Origin: Candidatus Saganbacteria bacterium
GTDB lineage: Bacteria; Margulisbacteria; WOR-1; O2-12-FULL-45-9; XYB2-FULL-48-7
Direction: 5' to 3'
DNA length: 64,000 nucleotides
NCBI GenBank assembly: GCA_016939335.1
Contig: JAFGHC010000019.1
Coordinates: 23,090 to 87,089, forward strand
Notes under the pieces: model-generated
Told to the model about the DNA's origin: nothing
Seen by the model: only the letters and a program-made list of their open reading frames with translations
Databases searched by the model: none
Translations under genes and position numbers: made by a program
Shown here: piece after piece, positions 22,322-31,484 of the stretch
Position numbering within the stretch: the stretch's first letter is position 1
How the letters are laid out: each line of letters begins with the position of its first letter

Positions 22322-22747
22322 ATGGGAAATTTGAGCGAGAATTTCAATCACAAGGACTTCGCCTGCAAGTGCCCGGAGTGCAAGGGCGAGTACCGGATCC
22401 ATCTCGGCCTGGTCGGCATCCTGGAAGATATCGCCGTCCATTTTAAGAAGCGGCCGAAGGTCACGGCCGGTTTTTATTGCGAGGCTTATCTGGAAAAGCA
22501 GAAACGCGAGAAATTAAGCTACCACTCCAAGGGCAAGGCGGCCAACATTACGCTCGAGGGTGTGCCGGCGGCGGAAGTTTTTAAATACGCCGAGACGATC
22601 CCCGGGGTCAACGGCCTCGGTTTTTACCCGGAGGAGAACGCGGTCCACATCGACACCCGCCCGCCCGAAAAGAAAGAGGTCTGGATCAAAGAGCGGGGCA
22701 AATACGCGCCGCTCACCCCGGACAAACGCCACCAGTACGGCTTGTAA
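22322..22747 (+). CDS. Peptidase M15A / DUF882-like (D-Ala-D-Ala carboxypeptidase fold) protein
   Basis: SYHSKGKAANI resembles the S-x-H-x-x-G-x-A-x-D zinc site, with D replaced by N. A late VHIDTRP motif is also present. 141 aa. Confidence 0.5.
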   Translation: MGNLSENFNHKDFACKCPECKGEYRIHLGLVGILEDIAVHFKKRPKVTAGFYCEAYLEKQKREKLSYHSKGKAANITLEGVPAAEVFKYAETIPGVNGLGFYPEENAVHIDTRPPEKKEVWIKERGKYAPLTPDKRHQYGL

Positions 22748-22754
22748 ATGACAA

Positions 22755-23636
22755 ATGTCAAATGACAAATGTCAAATTGGTGATTTTCTCAACTATCTCA
22801 AGAACGAGCGCAACTACTCGCCGCACACGATCAGCAACTACGCCCGCGACCTGCGCTTTCTGACCGCCTTCCTCAAAGACAAAAAGTTCGACCGGCTGGC
22901 GGCCCGCGAATACCTGCTGGCGCTGGAAAAGAAACGGTTCTCCCGCCGCTCCATCGCCCGCAAGCTCTCGGCCGCGCGCTCCTTCTTCCGCTACCTTATG
23001 AGGGAGAAAAAAGTCAGGGAGAACCCGTTCCAGAACCTGGTGACGCCCAAGCTCCCCCGCAAGCTCCCCAATTTTCTCTACCCCGAAGAGATGGCCCGGC
23101 TGCTCGAGCAACCCCTAATGTCCACCCCCCTCGGCCGGCGCGACCGGGCGATCCTGGAACTTTTATATGGTACGGGGCTGCGCGTGATCGAGCTCTGCCG
23201 GCTGAACTTGAACGATATTGATCACGGCGAAAAGGAGATCAGGGTCTTGGGCAAAGGGGCCAAGGAGCGGATCGTCATTTTCGGTTCCTTCGCCGGGCGG
23301 GCGCTGAAGGATTATCTGGACAGCGGCCGCCCCTTCCTGACCGGGAAGCTGAAGTCAGCGGCCTGCTTCGTCGGCCGGCGCGGCAGCCGCCTGACCAGCC
23401 GCCAGGTCGAGCGATTGATCAAAGATTACGCGGTCCGGGCCGGGCTCAAAAAGAAGGTCTCCCCCCACACACTGCGGCATTCTTTTGCCACCCACCTGCT
23501 GGAGGGAGGGGCCGACCTGCGCCTGACGCAGGAGCTTCTCGGCCATGTTTCGCTCTCGACCACCCAGGTCTATACCCACGTCACCAAGGAGCGGCTGAAA
23601 AAGGTCTACGACCTTGCGCACCCCCGCGCCAAATGA
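22755..23636 (+). CDS. Tyrosine recombinase, XerC/XerD family
   Basis: N-terminal SAM-like domain (FLNYLKNERNYSPHTISNYARDL). Catalytic residues in RLTSRQ, HTLRHSFATHLLEGGADLR, LLGHVSLSTTQVYTHV. Confidence 0.9.
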   Translation: MSNDKCQIGDFLNYLKNERNYSPHTISNYARDLRFLTAFLKDKKFDRLAAREYLLALEKKRFSRRSIARKLSAARSFFRYLMREKKVRENPFQNLVTPKLPRKLPNFLYPEEMARLLEQPLMSTPLGRRDRAILELLYGTGLRVIELCRLNLNDIDHGEKEIRVLGKGAKERIVIFGSFAGRALKDYLDSGRPFLTGKLKSAACFVGRRGSRLTSRQVERLIKDYAVRAGLKKKVSPHTLRHSFATHLLEGGADLRLTQELLGHVSLSTTQVYTHVTKERLKKVYDLAHPRAK

Positions 23637-23688
23637 TATAATTCCTTGTCCCGATGTTCATTTATAAACATATTTTTGGTAAATCGGG

Positions 23689-24117
23689 ATGAAAATTGAC
23701 CTGAAGGAGTTGCTGCGCCGCGTCGGCAACGAGGCCGACCTCACCGAAGAGGTACAGGTCAGTTTTCCCGCGGATGGGCTGGTCCTGACCAAGCCGGTCA
23801 GGGTCGATCTCCACCTGCTCAACACCGGCACCTCGGTCCTGCTCAGCGGCACGCTTGAGACCGAGGCGGAGCTGGAGTGCGCGCGCTGCCTGAAGAAGTT
23901 CCGGCGGCCGGTCAGCGCCCGGCTGTCCGAGGAGTATGTGCGGGAAGTGCCGGCGGCGCCGGCGAAAAAAGGGAGAGAGATCGAGCTGAAGGCCGAGGAT
24001 TTCGTTTATCCGCTCGGCCCGGACGAGACGCTCGACCTGAATGAGATGATCAGGCAAAATCTGGTCCTCGCCCTGCCGATCAAGGTGCTCTGCCGGGAAA
24101 CTTGCGAAGGAGTGTAA
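23689..24117 (+). CDS. YceD/DUF177 family protein (large-subunit rRNA accumulation protein)
   Basis: ECARCLKKF ... CRETCEG pattern, in the conserved position immediately upstream of rpmF. Confidence 0.75.
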   Translation: MKIDLKELLRRVGNEADLTEEVQVSFPADGLVLTKPVRVDLHLLNTGTSVLLSGTLETEAELECARCLKKFRRPVSARLSEEYVREVPAAPAKKGREIELKAEDFVYPLGPDETLDLNEMIRQNLVLALPIKVLCRETCEGV

Positions 24118-24120
24118 ACC

Positions 24121-24327
24121 ATGCCTGTACCGAAAAAACGACATTCGAACGTCAGACAGGGAAAAAGAAGGTTCGCCAATTATCGCCTGAGGCCGGCCAG
24201 CTTGAGCCGCTGCCCCAATTGCGGCAATCTCCATCCCCCCCATCAAGCCTGCCCGAACTGCGGCCAGTTCAAGGGCCGCCAGGTCATCAAGCTTAAGGCG
24301 AAGAAAGAAAAGGGTAAGAAGGCGTGA
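24121..24327 (+). CDS. rpmF: 50S ribosomal protein L32
   Basis: MPVPKKRHSNVRQGKRR plus a CPNCG...CPNCG zinc ribbon. Confidence 0.9.
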   Translation: MPVPKKRHSNVRQGKRRFANYRLRPASLSRCPNCGNLHPPHQACPNCGQFKGRQVIKLKAKKEKGKKA

Positions 24328-25310
24328 GCCGCATCGCGGTAGACGCCATGGGCGGCGATTTCGCCCCCGGCGAGATCGTCAAAGGCGCCGTCCAGGCCTC
24401 GCTCGAATTCCCCATTGAACTGATCCTGGTGGGCGACCGCCAGGCCATTCAGCGTGAACTCGACCGCTACGGTAAAAAAGGCCGCCTTTCGGTCAGCCAC
24501 GCTGCGGAAGTCATCGGCAACGATGAAAGCCCCGTTTCCGCCGTCAAACAAAAGAAGAACGCTTCGATCAATGTCGCCGTTTCGCTGGTCAAGGACAAGG
24601 AAGCCGATGCCGTCGTTTCGGCCGGCAACACCGGGGCGCTGATGACCGCCGGGCTATTCGGCCTCGGCCGCATCCCCGGCGTGGAACGCCCCGCCATCGC
24701 CACGATCTTCCCCACCCCCGCCGGCCCGGTCCTCCTGCTCGACATGGGGGCCAACGTCGACTGCAAGCCGAAACACCTGCTCCAGTTCGGCGAAATGGGG
24801 GCGCAGTACGCCGAGCACGTTATGCACATCAAGAACCCGCGCGTCGGCCTGCTCAACATCGGCGAAGAAAAAGAGAAAGGGAACCAGCTGGCCGTCGAAA
24901 GCTGGCCGCTCCTTAAGTCCGCCCGGATCAATTTTGTCGGCAATGTCGAGTCGAAAGAGATCCTCTCCGGCAAGGTCGACGTGGTCGTCGCCGACGGTTT
25001 CGTCGGCAACCTGATCCTGAAGTTCGGCGAGTCGATCAGCGCTTTTATCGTCACTCTCCTGAAAGAAGAGCTGATGAAAAACCTTTTGAGCAAGTTCGCC
25101 GCCCTCCTCCTCCTGCCCGCCCTTAACCGGATCAAAAAGAAGGTCGACTACGACGAGTTCGGCGGCGCGCCGATGCTCGGTATCAACGGGATCGTCTACA
25201 AAGCGCACGGGCGCGCCAAAGCCAAAGCGGTCAAGAACGCGATCCGGGTCGCTCACGAAGCGGTCAAGGCCGACCTGGTCGGCTGCATTTCCAGGATCGA
25301 AAAAAAATGA
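24324..25310 (+). CDS. plsX: Phosphate acyltransferase PlsX
   Basis: IAVDAMGGDFAP, SAGNTGA, GFVGN motifs. GTG start overlaps the rpmF stop. Confidence 0.9.
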   Translation: MSRIAVDAMGGDFAPGEIVKGAVQASLEFPIELILVGDRQAIQRELDRYGKKGRLSVSHAAEVIGNDESPVSAVKQKKNASINVAVSLVKDKEADAVVSAGNTGALMTAGLFGLGRIPGVERPAIATIFPTPAGPVLLLDMGANVDCKPKHLLQFGEMGAQYAEHVMHIKNPRVGLLNIGEEKEKGNQLAVESWPLLKSARINFVGNVESKEILSGKVDVVVADGFVGNLILKFGESISAFIVTLLKEELMKNLLSKFAALLLLPALNRIKKKVDYDEFGGAPMLGINGIVYKAHGRAKAKAVKNAIRVAHEAVKADLVGCISRIEKK

Positions 25311-25311
25311 C

Positions 25312-26277
25312 ATGACGAAAGCTAAGATCATCGGCACCGGCTCCTGTCTGCCGCCCAAAGTCGTGACCAACGACGACCTGGCCAAGCTCGTTGAGACGAG
25401 CGACGCCTGGATCCGCGAGCGGACCGGCATTCTGGAGCGCCGGGTTTCCGATGCCGCCACGGCGACCTCCGACCTGGCCCTGGCCGCCACCGAGAAGGCC
25501 CTGAAGGCGGCAAAAACCGATCCCGCCGAGATCGAACTGGTCATCGTTTGTACCACCACCCCGGACATGCTTTTCCCTTCCGTAGGCTGCATCCTGCAGG
25601 ATAAACTGAAAATGGTGAACGCGGCCGCGTTCGATCTCTCGGCCGCTTGCTCCGGCTTCAATTTCGGGCTGTCGACCGCCGCCAGTTTTATCGAGACCGG
25701 CAAATGCAAAAAGGCCCTTTTAGTCGGCGCCGACACGCTGACCAAATACCTCGACTGGACCGACCGCGGCACTTGCATCCTCTTCGGCGACGGCGCCGGC
25801 GCAGTCATCCTGGGATCGGCCGAAAAAGAAGAAGGGGTTCTGGCCAGTTTAATCATGTCGGAAGGCCATCTTGGCTCGGTGCTGACGATGCCGGGCGGCG
25901 GCTCGCGTGATCCGGAGCAAAAGAACGGGCGGTTCATCCGGATGAATGGCAGGGAGGTTTTTAAATTCGCCGTCCGGGTGCTGGAATCATCGGTCAGGAA
26001 AGTGCTCGAAATGGCAGGCAAAGCTCCGTCGGACATCGATCTTTTGGTTCCGCACCAGGCGAACATCCGGATCATCGACCACGTCAGTAAAAAGATGGGA
26101 TTGCCGAAAGAAAAAGTTTATGTTAATCTCCAAAAGTACGGGAACACCTCGGCAGCCTCCGTCCCCATCGCCTTGGACGAGGCGCTGGCTGAAGGCAGGA
26201 TAAAATCAGGCGACCTGATCGTGCTCTCCGGTTTTGGCGCTGGTCTAACCTATGGAGCGAATTTAATTAAATGGTAG
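25312..26277 (+). CDS. fabH: 3-oxoacyl-ACP synthase III
   Basis: Active-site AACSGFNFGL, HQANIRI, GNTSAASVP. Confidence 0.9.
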   Translation: MTKAKIIGTGSCLPPKVVTNDDLAKLVETSDAWIRERTGILERRVSDAATATSDLALAATEKALKAAKTDPAEIELVIVCTTTPDMLFPSVGCILQDKLKMVNAAAFDLSAACSGFNFGLSTAASFIETGKCKKALLVGADTLTKYLDWTDRGTCILFGDGAGAVILGSAEKEEGVLASLIMSEGHLGSVLTMPGGGSRDPEQKNGRFIRMNGREVFKFAVRVLESSVRKVLEMAGKAPSDIDLLVPHQANIRIIDHVSKKMGLPKEKVYVNLQKYGNTSAASVPIALDEALAEGRIKSGDLIVLSGFGAGLTYGANLIKW

Positions 26278-26313
26278 GCCCCTCAACAAGTTCGGGGCAA
26301 GGAGGAATAGTTA

Positions 26314-27474
26314 ATGCTTGATTATCAGTTGACCGAAGAGCAGCAGATGATCCGCGACCTGGCGCGCAAGGTGGCGCTGGAAAAAGCCCTCCCCAAGCGG
26401 GCGGAATGGGACGAGACCGGCGACTTTCCGTGGGAAGCGATGAAGGCTTTTGCCGACGCCGACCTCTGCGGTCTTTACGTGCCCGAAGAGCTGGGCGGCA
26501 TGGGTCAAAGCGTGTTCAATTTCTGCCTGGCGACCGAAGAGATCAGCCGTGTTTGCGGCGGCGTCGGCGTCACGTTCGCCGCTTCCGCTCTCGGCTCGAC
26601 GCCGATCCTCCTCTTCGGCACGCCGGAACAGAAAAAGAAATATATGCCGCCGATCGCCGCCGGCAAAAAGCTGGCCGCCTTCGGCCTGACCGAGGCGAAC
26701 GCCGGCTCCGACGCCGCCGGCATGGAAACGACCGCCAAAAAAGACGGCGACTATTTTATCCTCAACGGGACAAAGCAGTGGATCACCAACGGCGGCGAGG
26801 CGGAGACCTATTCCGTCATCGCCATTTCCGACAAGAGCAAGGGGCCGCGCGGCGCCACCGCTTTTATCCTGGAAAAAGGGACGCCCGGCTTCACTTTCGG
26901 CAAGAAAGAGAACAAGATGGGGATCCGCTGCTCCGCCACCCGCGAGCTCGTCTTCCAGGACTGCAAGGTCCACAAGAGCCAGGTCCTCGGCAAAGAGGGG
27001 ATGGGCTTTATCGTGGCGATGAAGACGCTCGACCTGACGCGGCCGGGCATCGGCGCCCAGGCGGTCGGCATCGCGCAGGGGGCGCTGGACGAAGCGCTCA
27101 AGTACGCGCGAGAACGCGTCCAGTTCGGTAAACCGATCGCCAGCCTCCAGGCGGTCCAGCACATACTGGCCGATATGTCGACCCAGATCGAAGCGGCCCG
27201 CGCCCTCGTTTATGCCTGCGCCCGGGCGATCGACGCCGGCGCTAAAGATTTTACTCTGTCGGCTTCTCAAGCCAAGCTATTCGCCTCCGACACCGCCATG
27301 AAAGTGACGATCGACGCGATCCAGATCCTCGGCGGTTACGGGTATATGAAGGAATATCCGGTCGAGAAGATGGCGCGCGACGCCAAGATCACGCAGATCT
27401 ACGAGGGGACGAACCAGATCCAGCGCAACCAGATCGCGCTGTCGCTGATCAAGGAAGCGGCGGCCAAGAAGTAA
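26314..27474 (+). CDS. Acyl-CoA dehydrogenase (butyryl-CoA dehydrogenase-like)
   Basis: LTEANAGSDAAG, QWITNGG, C-terminal catalytic IYEGTNQIQR. RBS aggagg upstream. Confidence 0.85.
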   Translation: MLDYQLTEEQQMIRDLARKVALEKALPKRAEWDETGDFPWEAMKAFADADLCGLYVPEELGGMGQSVFNFCLATEEISRVCGGVGVTFAASALGSTPILLFGTPEQKKKYMPPIAAGKKLAAFGLTEANAGSDAAGMETTAKKDGDYFILNGTKQWITNGGEAETYSVIAISDKSKGPRGATAFILEKGTPGFTFGKKENKMGIRCSATRELVFQDCKVHKSQVLGKEGMGFIVAMKTLDLTRPGIGAQAVGIAQGALDEALKYARERVQFGKPIASLQAVQHILADMSTQIEAARALVYACARAIDAGAKDFTLSASQAKLFASDTAMKVTIDAIQILGGYGYMKEYPVEKMARDAKITQIYEGTNQIQRNQIALSLIKEAAAKK

Positions 27475-29316
27475 TTATTTGCCGAAACCGATCCGTTTCT
27501 TTTCTTCTTTGATTCTTTCGAAGCTGGTTATCTGCCCAAGAATGTCGTTTTCGCTGACTTTGGCGGGAACCCCCCCGCACGCCTCCTGAACCGCTTTCAG
27601 TTCCAGCGCCCTTCTGATTATTTCCGCAATATCTGCCCCGGAGAATTTATCGGTTTTGTCAAGCACATTGTCCGTCAGCCAGTTCGAATCAAATAGTTCC
27701 GCGTTAGCCTGGCTATCGGTTTTCCGAGCGTGGATGCCGAAAATCTGGCGCCGTCCCGCCCTATCCGGCAGCGGTATCTCGATCAGCCGGTCAAGCCGGC
27801 CGGGACGAAGCAGCGGCTCGGCGATCGCCTGGGGCCGATTGGTTGAGCCGACAACAATAACATCGCTGTTTTCCTCAATACCATCCATGCTGGTCAAGAT
27901 CACCGAAATTACCTTTTGGGTTACTTCATGAGCGCCCTCCCGATTTGGGGCAATGGCATCGACTTCATCAAAGAAAAGAATCGTCTTCTTCCCGGTCTCA
28001 CCGGCCAGTTTTTTGGCTTCATCAAAAGCCTGCTGCATTAGTTGTTCCGACTCGCCATACCATTTCGAGCCGATGTCCGCGGCTTTAACATGGACAAAGC
28101 TTGCCTGGGCTTCGGTGGCGATCGCTTTGGCCAGCAAAGTTTTCCCGGTGCCGGGCGGCCCGTACAATAATATCCCTTTGGGGGGACGTGCCCCCCATTT
28201 TTTAAAGGCAGCTGGGTTCCTCAAGGCAGTAATAAGAAACTCGACCGGCTCTTTGACTCTCTCATGGCCGCCCACGTCGGTTAGTTTAACGTTTGGGGCT
28301 TTGATGACTTCGAATTTCTTGCCGTTGCCTGGTTTCATTTGATCCAGCCCCAAACCAGCATGGCCAAGAGGCACAACGGGCTTTTTATACGCAGCTATCT
28401 CAAAAGTAAAATCAGGCAGTTCCCCCCTTTCTATCCCTGCCACGTTATTCGCTACAAATTGAGCCAACCCAGCGAGGCGGTTAACCTCCTTGCTAAACTC
28501 TTCGGGTTTTTCTAATGATTTTGGTTCGGCTACGCCAATGCGATTATCCCCGGCCGTAATTTTAATCCTATGGAGGCTAATATCCCAACTGATATAATAA
28601 ACTGGTTTTCCCGCATCATCTTTTATGATGATCCCCTCGCCGGCTTTCGTAACAGAATAGCTGCTTTCAAGCAGCGCAGCCAGCCGCCCAAATATTCTTC
28701 CGCGTTCTTCTTCGCTTGTATAGTCAATAGCTCGATTCAGCTCAACGGCGGGTGAATATAAATCCCCGGCTAATTTACTAAAGCTGACTTCGATTCCCCT
28801 AAAGGGATATGGCAAACCCATCTTTCCAGCAGCAAGAGAGAGATGGTCTTCCGTCATTTCTGCAAGGAAGCCCCGAATTTTATCCGGGTCATTAACGATT
28901 ACTTTCAATTTATGCGGGAATGGCCCTTCGTCATCCGACAAAACTTCTCTAAGCTTTCCCAAATTTTCCTGGTTGCCAACCAAATAAACGCTCTGTTTCA
29001 CTCTGTCAATAAGCACTGCCAGGCCTGCGGCGCCGTAGGTAGCGGCAAAATTGGGGGAAATTGTATCCAATAACCGGGGATTTATTGCTTGATAATTTAT
29101 GAATTCGCCGGCGAGAGTTTCGTTATCAAGCGCCACTTTGGCAGTGGCATCTGCATAAATAGATTTAATTCCATAACGCCCCATCGCTTTCGAAAGTTTG
29201 TCGATCGGCTGATATCTTGGCAAGCTCCGCAATACCTGCCCCGGCCCGCTGTCGGCTTTAAGTCTATCTAATGAAAATGAAATCGCTCTGGCGCTTCCAA
29301 CCTTGTTAACGCTCAT
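27475..29316 (-). CDS. Single-module classic-clade AAA+ ATPase (CDC48/FtsH-like module) with ~350-aa uncharacterised N-terminal region
   Basis: Walker A GILLYGPPGTGKTLLAKA, Walker B ILFFDEVDAI, second region of homology VIVVGSTNRPQAIAEPLLRPGRLDRLIEIPLPD. GC is lower than the flanks. It lies on the strand opposite to the fab/acd/etf genes. Confidence 0.75.
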   Translation of the reverse strand: MSVNKVGSARAISFSLDRLKADSGPGQVLRSLPRYQPIDKLSKAMGRYGIKSIYADATAKVALDNETLAGEFINYQAINPRLLDTISPNFAATYGAAGLAVLIDRVKQSVYLVGNQENLGKLREVLSDDEGPFPHKLKVIVNDPDKIRGFLAEMTEDHLSLAAGKMGLPYPFRGIEVSFSKLAGDLYSPAVELNRAIDYTSEEERGRIFGRLAALLESSYSVTKAGEGIIIKDDAGKPVYYISWDISLHRIKITAGDNRIGVAEPKSLEKPEEFSKEVNRLAGLAQFVANNVAGIERGELPDFTFEIAAYKKPVVPLGHAGLGLDQMKPGNGKKFEVIKAPNVKLTDVGGHERVKEPVEFLITALRNPAAFKKWGARPPKGILLYGPPGTGKTLLAKAIATEAQASFVHVKAADIGSKWYGESEQLMQQAFDEAKKLAGETGKKTILFFDEVDAIAPNREGAHEVTQKVISVILTSMDGIEENSDVIVVGSTNRPQAIAEPLLRPGRLDRLIEIPLPDRAGRRQIFGIHARKTDSQANAELFDSNWLTDNVLDKTDKFSGADIAEIIRRALELKAVQEACGGVPAKVSENDILGQITSFERIKEEKKRIGFGK

Positions 29317-29463
29317 CTTTGGCCCTCCTCAAAGCTCTGCTTCCGGTCCGATCCCCTTTACTTATATATATATCGTTACTATTGCCGCCCGATTTCACCT
29401 TTTCTCCAAAAATCTTTTATGGTATACTATTTCGGGCGCCTGAAAAGGCCGCCTTTTTAGCGT

Positions 29464-30246
29464 ATGGACATCATCGTTTGCATCAAGCAGGTCCCGGACA
29501 CGACCGAGGTCAAGATCAACCCGGAGACCAACACCCTCGTCCGCGAAGGGGTCCCTTCGATCGTCAACCCTTTTGATGAGAACGCCGTTGAAGCGGCCCT
29601 ACAATTAAAGGAAAAGCACGGCGGCAAGGTCACCGTCATCACTATGGGCCCGCCCCAGGCGGCCGAAGCCTTGAAAACCACGATCGCCATGGGCGCGGAC
29701 GAAGTCTTTCTTGTTTCTGACCGCGCTTTCGCCGGCTCCGACACCTGGGCCACCTCTTACACCCTCTCCCAGACGATCAAGAAACTCGGCCATTACGACC
29801 TGATCATCTGCGGCAAGCAGGCGATCGACGGCGACACCGCCCAGGTCGGCCCCGGCATCGCCGAATGGCTCGGCCTGCCGCAGGTGACCTTCGCCGTCAA
29901 GCTGGAGGTCAACGGCCGGACCGCGCTCGTGGAACGCTTGCTCGAAGAGGTCAATGAAAAGATCGAATGCCCGCTCCCGGCGGTCATCACCGTCGTCAAA
30001 CAGATGAACGAGCCGCGCCTCCCTTCGCTCAAAGGGCTGATGCGGGCCAAGAAAGCGGAAGTCAAAACAATGAACGCGGCGCAGATCGAAGGCGATCCGA
30101 AAAACATGGGGCTGAACGGCTCACCGACCTCGGTGGTGCGGATCTTCACCCCGCCGGCCAAGGGCGGCGGCGAGGTTCTCTCCGGCGAACCGGCGGAGAT
30201 CTGCGACAAGCTGATCGGCAAGATCAAAGAACGGAAGATTATCTGA
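29464..30246 (+). CDS. etfB: Electron transfer flavoprotein beta subunit
   Basis: MDIIVCIKQVPDT..., DLIICGKQAIDGDTAQVGP. Confidence 0.85.
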   Translation: MDIIVCIKQVPDTTEVKINPETNTLVREGVPSIVNPFDENAVEAALQLKEKHGGKVTVITMGPPQAAEALKTTIAMGADEVFLVSDRAFAGSDTWATSYTLSQTIKKLGHYDLIICGKQAIDGDTAQVGPGIAEWLGLPQVTFAVKLEVNGRTALVERLLEEVNEKIECPLPAVITVVKQMNEPRLPSLKGLMRAKKAEVKTMNAAQIEGDPKNMGLNGSPTSVVRIFTPPAKGGGEVLSGEPAEICDKLIGKIKERKII

Positions 30247-31484
30247 TGAGCATCAGAATTTTGTTCGATAAATGCACCGGCTGCACGCTCTGCGTTAAGG
30301 CCTGCCCGTTTGCCGCCATTAAAATGGTCGACCGCCCGGCGGACGCCCCCGGCAAGAGCAAGAAAGTCGCGGTCATCGACCTCGATACCTGCACCCTCTG
30401 CGGCGCCTGCGTCCCCTCCTGCAAGTTCGCCGCGATCGAGCTGAAAAAAGAGCTGGGCGGCAAGGATGCCGACCTTTCGCATTACAAGGGGGTCTGGATT
30501 TTCGCCGAGCAACGCGAGGGGAAGGTCCAGTCGGTCGCTTATGAGCTGCTGACCGAGGGGAAGAAGCTGGCCGGGGATTTGAAGGCCGAACTCTCGGCGG
30601 TCCTTTGCGGCGACGCCAACATTGAGGATGAGGTTGAACATTTATTCGCCTATGGCGCCGACAAAGTTTACCTTATCACTCATCCCGAACTGAAACATTA
30701 TCATACCGCTCCCTACACCCGCGCGGTCGCTGAAGCGATCACCAGGCATAAGCCGGAGATCATGCTCCTCGGCGCGACGACGATGGGCCGCGACCTGGCC
30801 GCCCGGCTGGCGATCAGGGTCGGCGCCGGGCTGACCGCCGACTGCACCGGCCTCGATATCGACCCGGGCAAGAAGACCCTGCTGCAGACCCGGCCCGCTT
30901 TCGGCGGCAACATCATGGCGACCATTCAGACCGTCCGGCACCGCCCGCAAATGGCGACGGTGCGGCCGAAAGTCTTCAAAAAAGTCAAAAGTCAAAATCC
31001 AAAAGTCAAAAGCAATGAAAACGTCATTAAATTTACCCCCGTCATCAATCCCGAAGATCTGCTGGTCAAACTTTTGGAGATCGTCGAGGACGAGAGCGTC
31101 AAGGTCAACCTGGCCGACGCGGAGATCATCGTTTCCGGCGGCCGCGGCCTGCAGGAAGCGAAGAATTTCAAATTAATTGAAGAGTTGGCGGCGGTCCTCG
31201 GCGGGGCGGTCGGCGCCTCGCGCGCCACGGTCGACGCCGGCTGGATCAGCGCCCACCATCAGGTCGGGCAGACGGGGAAAACTGTTTCACCGAAGCTCTA
31301 TATCGCCTGCGGTATCGCCGGGAAAATTCAGCATTTGGCGGGGATGCAGTCATCTGATACCATCGTTGCCATCAACAAGGATCCCGACGCGCCGATCTTC
31401 AAGGTCGCGACTTATGGCATCGTCGGGGATCTCTTCGAATATGTCCCCCTGTTGACGCGTAAGCTCAAAGAACTACGCGGTTAA
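30246..31484 (+). CDS. etfA: Electron transfer flavoprotein alpha subunit with N-terminal 2x[4Fe-4S] ferredoxin domain
   Basis: CTGCTLCVKACP and CTLCGACVPSCK cluster motifs are followed by the EtfA core (SGGRGL, ASRATVDAGW, QVGQTGKTVSPKLYIACGIAGKIQHLAGM). ATG 30246 overlaps the etfB stop. Confidence 0.85.
   Translation: MSIRILFDKCTGCTLCVKACPFAAIKMVDRPADAPGKSKKVAVIDLDTCTLCGACVPSCKFAAIELKKELGGKDADLSHYKGVWIFAEQREGKVQSVAYELLTEGKKLAGDLKAELSAVLCGDANIEDEVEHLFAYGADKVYLITHPELKHYHTAPYTRAVAEAITRHKPEIMLLGATTMGRDLAARLAIRVGAGLTADCTGLDIDPGKKTLLQTRPAFGGNIMATIQTVRHRPQMATVRPKVFKKVKSQNPKVKSNENVIKFTPVINPEDLLVKLLEIVEDESVKVNLADAEIIVSGGRGLQEAKNFKLIEELAAVLGGAVGASRATVDAGWISAHHQVGQTGKTVSPKLYIACGIAGKIQHLAGMQSSDTIVAINKDPDAPIFKVATYGIVGDLFEYVPLLTRKLKELRG

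Noticed and set aside
22746-22777. Tandem 14-nt repeat aaatgacaaatgtc x2 spanning the stop of the M15-like gene and the start of the Xer-type recombinase, considered as a dif-like or regulatory site.
   Set aside because: It does not resemble the imperfect-palindrome organisation of dif sites. It may only reflect a small duplication at the gene start, and I found no further support.
29967-30245. 93-codon upstream extension of the etfA ORF. The same applies to 34435-34596 for fabK, 44311-44448 for the SpoU methyltransferase and 53304-53486 for the Lys-rich protein.
   Set aside because: The extensions overlap the preceding genes in another frame and have shadow-like composition. Internal starts with RBS or stop-start coupling give canonical N-termini.
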